This document shows, in pieces, positions 63,076-64,000 of a stretch of DNA of 64,000 bases. The translations under genes and the position numbers were made by a program. Where the stretch lies: NCBI GenBank assembly GCA_964016885.1, contig OZ024740.1:351602001-351666000 (forward strand), written 5' to 3'. Origin of the DNA: Eledone cirrhosa (taxonomy: Eukaryota). Position 1 is the first letter of the stretch, and each line of letters starts with the position of its first letter. Below the pieces are notes generated by a model. It did not search any database. It saw nothing but the letters and a program-made list of their open reading frames with translations, and had not been told where the DNA came from.

Positions 63076-64000
63076 CTGCTGTTATTAATTACTAATAATA
63101 ATTATTATATTGACTCTATACACTATGCGAATCCTTAATTCAGTCCGTATTTAATGGGTTTAGCACACAAACCCATACAACAAACTTTTATATCCTGACA
63201 CTTAATTTGAAAATATTACAGTAGCAGCAATTTAGTATCTCCACCATTCCATCAGCTAGTATGCACCATCTCTATTGCTATTTTCAAACCCAATTCATTT
63301 GATTTTACTTGGTTCTATAAGAATTACAATTACTTTTGTAGCAAAAAGTTTGTTTACATTTCTTCTTTTAATTTATTCCCAGAGAATCGTTCCTTTAAGT
63401 GTTTCACCAAGTGGCAAATAATGCATAAATAATTTTTTTTAAAGAAATTAAAACAACAACAAAACAAACAAAACAAAGCAACAATAATAACAATAACAAC
63501 AAACACGCAATTCTCTCCCTTTCTCTCCCAACGAACTGGACACAATTGCAGTGGATTTCAGTGTTTGTTAAGTAACACATATGAAGGTTTATCTCACATA
63601 TTAAACCCCCCACCCCCACCCTTTATTTTGAGAGGTGTTCATAAAGCAATGATACAATATGTTTAGTATGATGTTGATTAATCTAAAACACATGTTTGCA
63701 TCGTTATTTATTTAGCAGTCTAGAATATTTCATTAGTATGTTTGAAAGATTGTGTTTCCATCATGTTCTTGAGTACTGACTATGAAACACATTCTTCAAA
63801 CCTCTCTGCAAGCTCAATGAATTTCATGTTTTAAAAAATGAGAGCATGAAATCTGAAACTTTGAGAATGGCATAGAATTTTTTTTTTGTTCCTTTCTTGT
63901 TTCATAAAGATTTCAAAGGCTTCTTATTATTTAACATGTTAGCTTTTCCTTCACATGATGCATCAGCCAGAGGATTCCGGCTTACAACCAACTCTAGAGT

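Overview
AT-rich eukaryotic genomic DNA, most likely a coleoid cephalopod (octopod). That assignment is inferred from the SINE/RTE repeat landscape and dense TA/CA/GA/GAT microsatellites. The only host gene I can support is a + strand ceramide kinase (CERK-like) gene. Its last 10 coding exons (21306-57315, about 410 codons) splice into one open frame with GT-AG introns; the N-terminal PH-domain exons were not found and probably lie upstream of the window. The rest is mostly transposon debris: a 5'-truncated Ty3/Gypsy element nested in an RTE remnant, two mariner remnants, a full-length but decayed Chapaev3 DNA transposon, three RTE LINE copies, a probable 6.6-kb non-autonomous Helitron with nested cargo, TTAA-flanked MITEs and many tRNA-derived SINEs. 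The most unusual signal is about eight short, sequence-divergent, non-coding elements beside TA microsatellites. Each carries a hammerhead-ribozyme-like core, and several share a downstream AATAAA/hairpin layout and fold-back inverted arms (Penelope pLTR/retrozyme-like). One consensus-intact hammerhead lies in sense orientation inside a CERK intron.
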